Shown one piece after another: positions 61,426 through 64,000 of a stretch of DNA of 64,000 nucleotides. Source of the stretch: Raillietiella orientalis. Lineage: Eukaryota. Under the pieces are notes generated by a model. It was not told the DNA's origin, did not search any database, and was given only the letters and a program-made list of their open reading frames with translations. The DNA lies in NCBI GenBank assembly GCA_036172245.1, contig JAYWIR010000010.1, forward strand, positions 124,001 through 188,000, given 5' to 3'. Within the stretch, counting starts at the first letter, position 1; every line of letters begins with the position of its first letter. A program made the position numbers and the translations under genes.

Positions 61426-63019
61426 GTAAAATTCGCTCACCAAGACAAGTCGAAACTCTGCGTGCGGTGGGTCGGCCTTCTTCGCCCCTACAAAACTGGC
61501 TTTCCAGTCGACTCTGGGCTAGGGAAGAGTCTCAGGCACCTTCACTTTTCTCTGAAACCCCTGAAAGAAAGCTCAGCCCTCTCTCGTGGCGGAGCAAAAA
61601 CGATGCTCACCGTTCCAGAACGGGGTTTTCCACTTTCTGGTTCTCCTTGGTGGCGTCAAGCAGCACGCCCTCGCGAACGCACTGGACGTTTAGTTGGTGG
61701 TCCGAAAACGTGTGTGCTGTCCGTGGGATGCATGTCGACCCCAGGCGGAAGCTGTCAAATCCAATTTGGAAATCAGGGAACAAAACTATAGAGGAACATA
61801 TCCCTTTGCGCACATCCTCACGCGGAAAATTGCCTTGAGGTCCACAATCCTTCTGTATCTCCTTTTTCTCTTGTACCATTTTTTGGACTTCGACTCTTCC
61901 AGAGCTGTCAGGAGTACCATAATAGCTAGATGGTGAGGGAGGATTGCTTTCTGGACCTGCCCTTTCATAGAAACCACGATAACGCATGTCGGTCGAAAGA
62001 AACAAAAAAAAACAGTACACGCTTTGGCTGTACACATGCTAAAATCGGAAAGAAAACAAGCTGAATTGCAAATCTGAGAGACCATTGGAAAACACACCGA
62101 CGACTGGTTTACGGCAAACGCAGACCGGAATCTCTAGAGAGAGCTGTGCCGAATGTGCATGGGGACCTCTCTTGAGGATCCGCGAAATCAATTCGCCCTC
62201 CAAACTTCTGCTTTTACTCCACAGAGATCAGCACGGTGCCTGGATGCCAGGCACGCAAAGGTGCACACAGAAAGCGCGGAATGGACCCGACTTCCTAGAG
62301 CTCACCGAACACCGCGCTGCTCTCCCGGCTTTTCTTTTCCCGTGGTCTCGTTGCTGATTTCTTTCTCCTGAAAGCGCGCACTTTTCAAAGCTCTCCGCCC
62401 TCTTGTGTTGTGCGCGTTGCTTCTGGACCCATTTCTCTGACGGACTCCAGAGATGGGTTGGGTTTGACAGCGTCCAACCCGTCAAGTTTTTCCCGCAGCC
62501 GATTCAAGCAACAGATCTCAGTGAAAGGAAATGCATGAAGCCTCTTCAATTTTTTATTAGATGGAAGGAAGTTGAAGAATTTCCTTCTTCCCCGTGGGGG
62601 GGGGGGGGAGATGCATATGTTGAGGGGGAAAGATGCACGCAGGTCTCGGGTGAGCCAGGGACGTTTTTCCATGACTTGCTCTCGATCGCCGCCTGCCCTG
62701 AAGCTGGGAAGCAGGTCGATGCAGGCTCGTGGAGTTCTGACGTGTCCTTCCGGTCTGCTTCCGGAAAGTGTCCCGGTCCAGCTCTGGAATTTTCTGGAAA
62801 GCCTCACTCCGTGCCACGGAGCGAGAGAGACCAACACTCTTGGCCGACTTTTGTTTCCCATTTTGGGGTGGGCGAGTGGACAGAAGGCACGCAGGGAAGG
62901 GGGAGCATAGGGTGCGCCCAGACGACTGCGTAGCAACACCTCGCATTTTTCGCTTTACGTGCAGCTTGGCGAGCGAGGGCCAGAGTAGCAGCATCAACGA
63001 GGTGGCATGCGTTTTCCAG

Positions 63020-63278
63020 GAGGAACTGCCCGACTCTCCCGTGCCAGAGTTCACCACGGTGCGCTTCGCGGAATCCATTCCCATGACGACATACCTCGTG
63101 TGCTTCATCGTTTGCGACTTCTCCTACAGTGAGCAGGAAACGACCAGCTCCGTGAGGATTCGGGTGTACTCCCGTCCGGACCAGATCGGCAAGACGGCCT
63201 ACGCCACCTCGGCGGCCAAAAACTTGACGGAGTTCTTCGAGGACTACTTCATGATCGATTACCCTCTTCCCAAGCAAG
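63020..63278 (+). CDS. M1 aminopeptidase, third exon (gene continues past the window)
   Basis: ttttccag acceptor; FAESIPMTTYLVCFIVCDF..FFEDYFMIDYPLPKQ; gtgagt donor at 63279. The GAMEN/HEXXH exons are not in the window. Confidence 0.95.
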
Positions 63279-64000
63279 GTGAGTGCCGCCTGCTTCTTGG
63301 TGACGGCTTTCCAACGCCCGTGGTGGTGCCCTCTAACGATCGTCATTCGGATTGAGCTGCCCAAGTTCTTGGGTTTCACGTGAAGCGTTCCGGGACAGCG
63401 TCCTTCTGGACGCGAGCGAGTCGCGTCTAGGAACTGGGAAAGACGAGGAGGGGTGTGATGGCTAGCTGTAGGCTAGTGGTGCAGAGGGGCTCCGAAAATC
63501 TAACGGAGACGTCCTGGGTCGTCACGTGCGCATCACAGAGATGTGGACCTGGCAAATCTGGAACGGCGGCTCGTTCCTTGCCGGGACGGGAACGAGCCGA
63601 CTGCATCTGCGTGCCATCTGCCTGCTTCTGGCTGGCGCTAAATGGAGGAAAGAGGGCGAGAGGTAACTTGGCCTGTTTCTGAGAAAGCACCTAGACGAAG
63701 AAACACGGCTTGACTTCCGTGGGTTAGCGGGAGGAGGGAGGGGACCGACTCGGAGATGCCACTTCGCTTCTTCCTGCTTCCGAGCTTTGGAGGTGGACGC
63801 GTCGTATCCCCAGCAACCGAGTTTCATCCGTCGATACTTCCGGCCTCGCGGGCGACTTCTCGCGTAGGAAATCTGACCGCAAATCGTCCTCCTTTCCACG
63901 TCCCAGCCAAGACTCTCCCTCTTGGAAGCAGCGTCCTAAGCATCTTCCCAGAGGTCCGGTTTCACCAACTGGACCCTTTGCTTCTCTTCCAAGCGCACCC

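Overview
Animal (probably invertebrate) genomic DNA with spliceosomal introns; I see no rRNA, true tRNA or CRISPR array. There are two host genes. (1) A complete 8-exon Wnt8-like gene on the minus strand (30530->15810, about 343-347 aa), assembled by hand with all splice phases consistent, including a signal-peptide exon and a 34-nt micro-exon. (2) The first three coding exons of an M1-family (glutamyl aminopeptidase-like) gene on the plus strand (59037->63278), which continues beyond the window. Most of the rest is transposon debris: a nested cluster of L1/Tx1-like fragments at 1-5.9 kb plus another 3' end at 11.5-12.2 kb, a tRNA-headed SINE-like family (5 copies), a pogo/Tigger-type MITE, and decayed hAT, BEL/Pao, Gypsy, RTE, CR1-like and possibly Penelope relics. 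The most striking element is a ~1.0-kb endogenous CRESS-DNA-virus fragment (nanovirus-like Rep SF3 helicase converging on a putative capsid ORF) at 2308-3316. It sits inside the ORF2 of an L1/Tx1 copy, is flanked by ACG on both sides, and its removal restores the retrotransposon reading frame. The window also alternates between GC/CpG-rich and AT-rich, CpG-poor blocks, with one transition falling inside the Wnt8 gene. Relic calls rest on motif recognition by eye and need HMM/Repbase confirmation.
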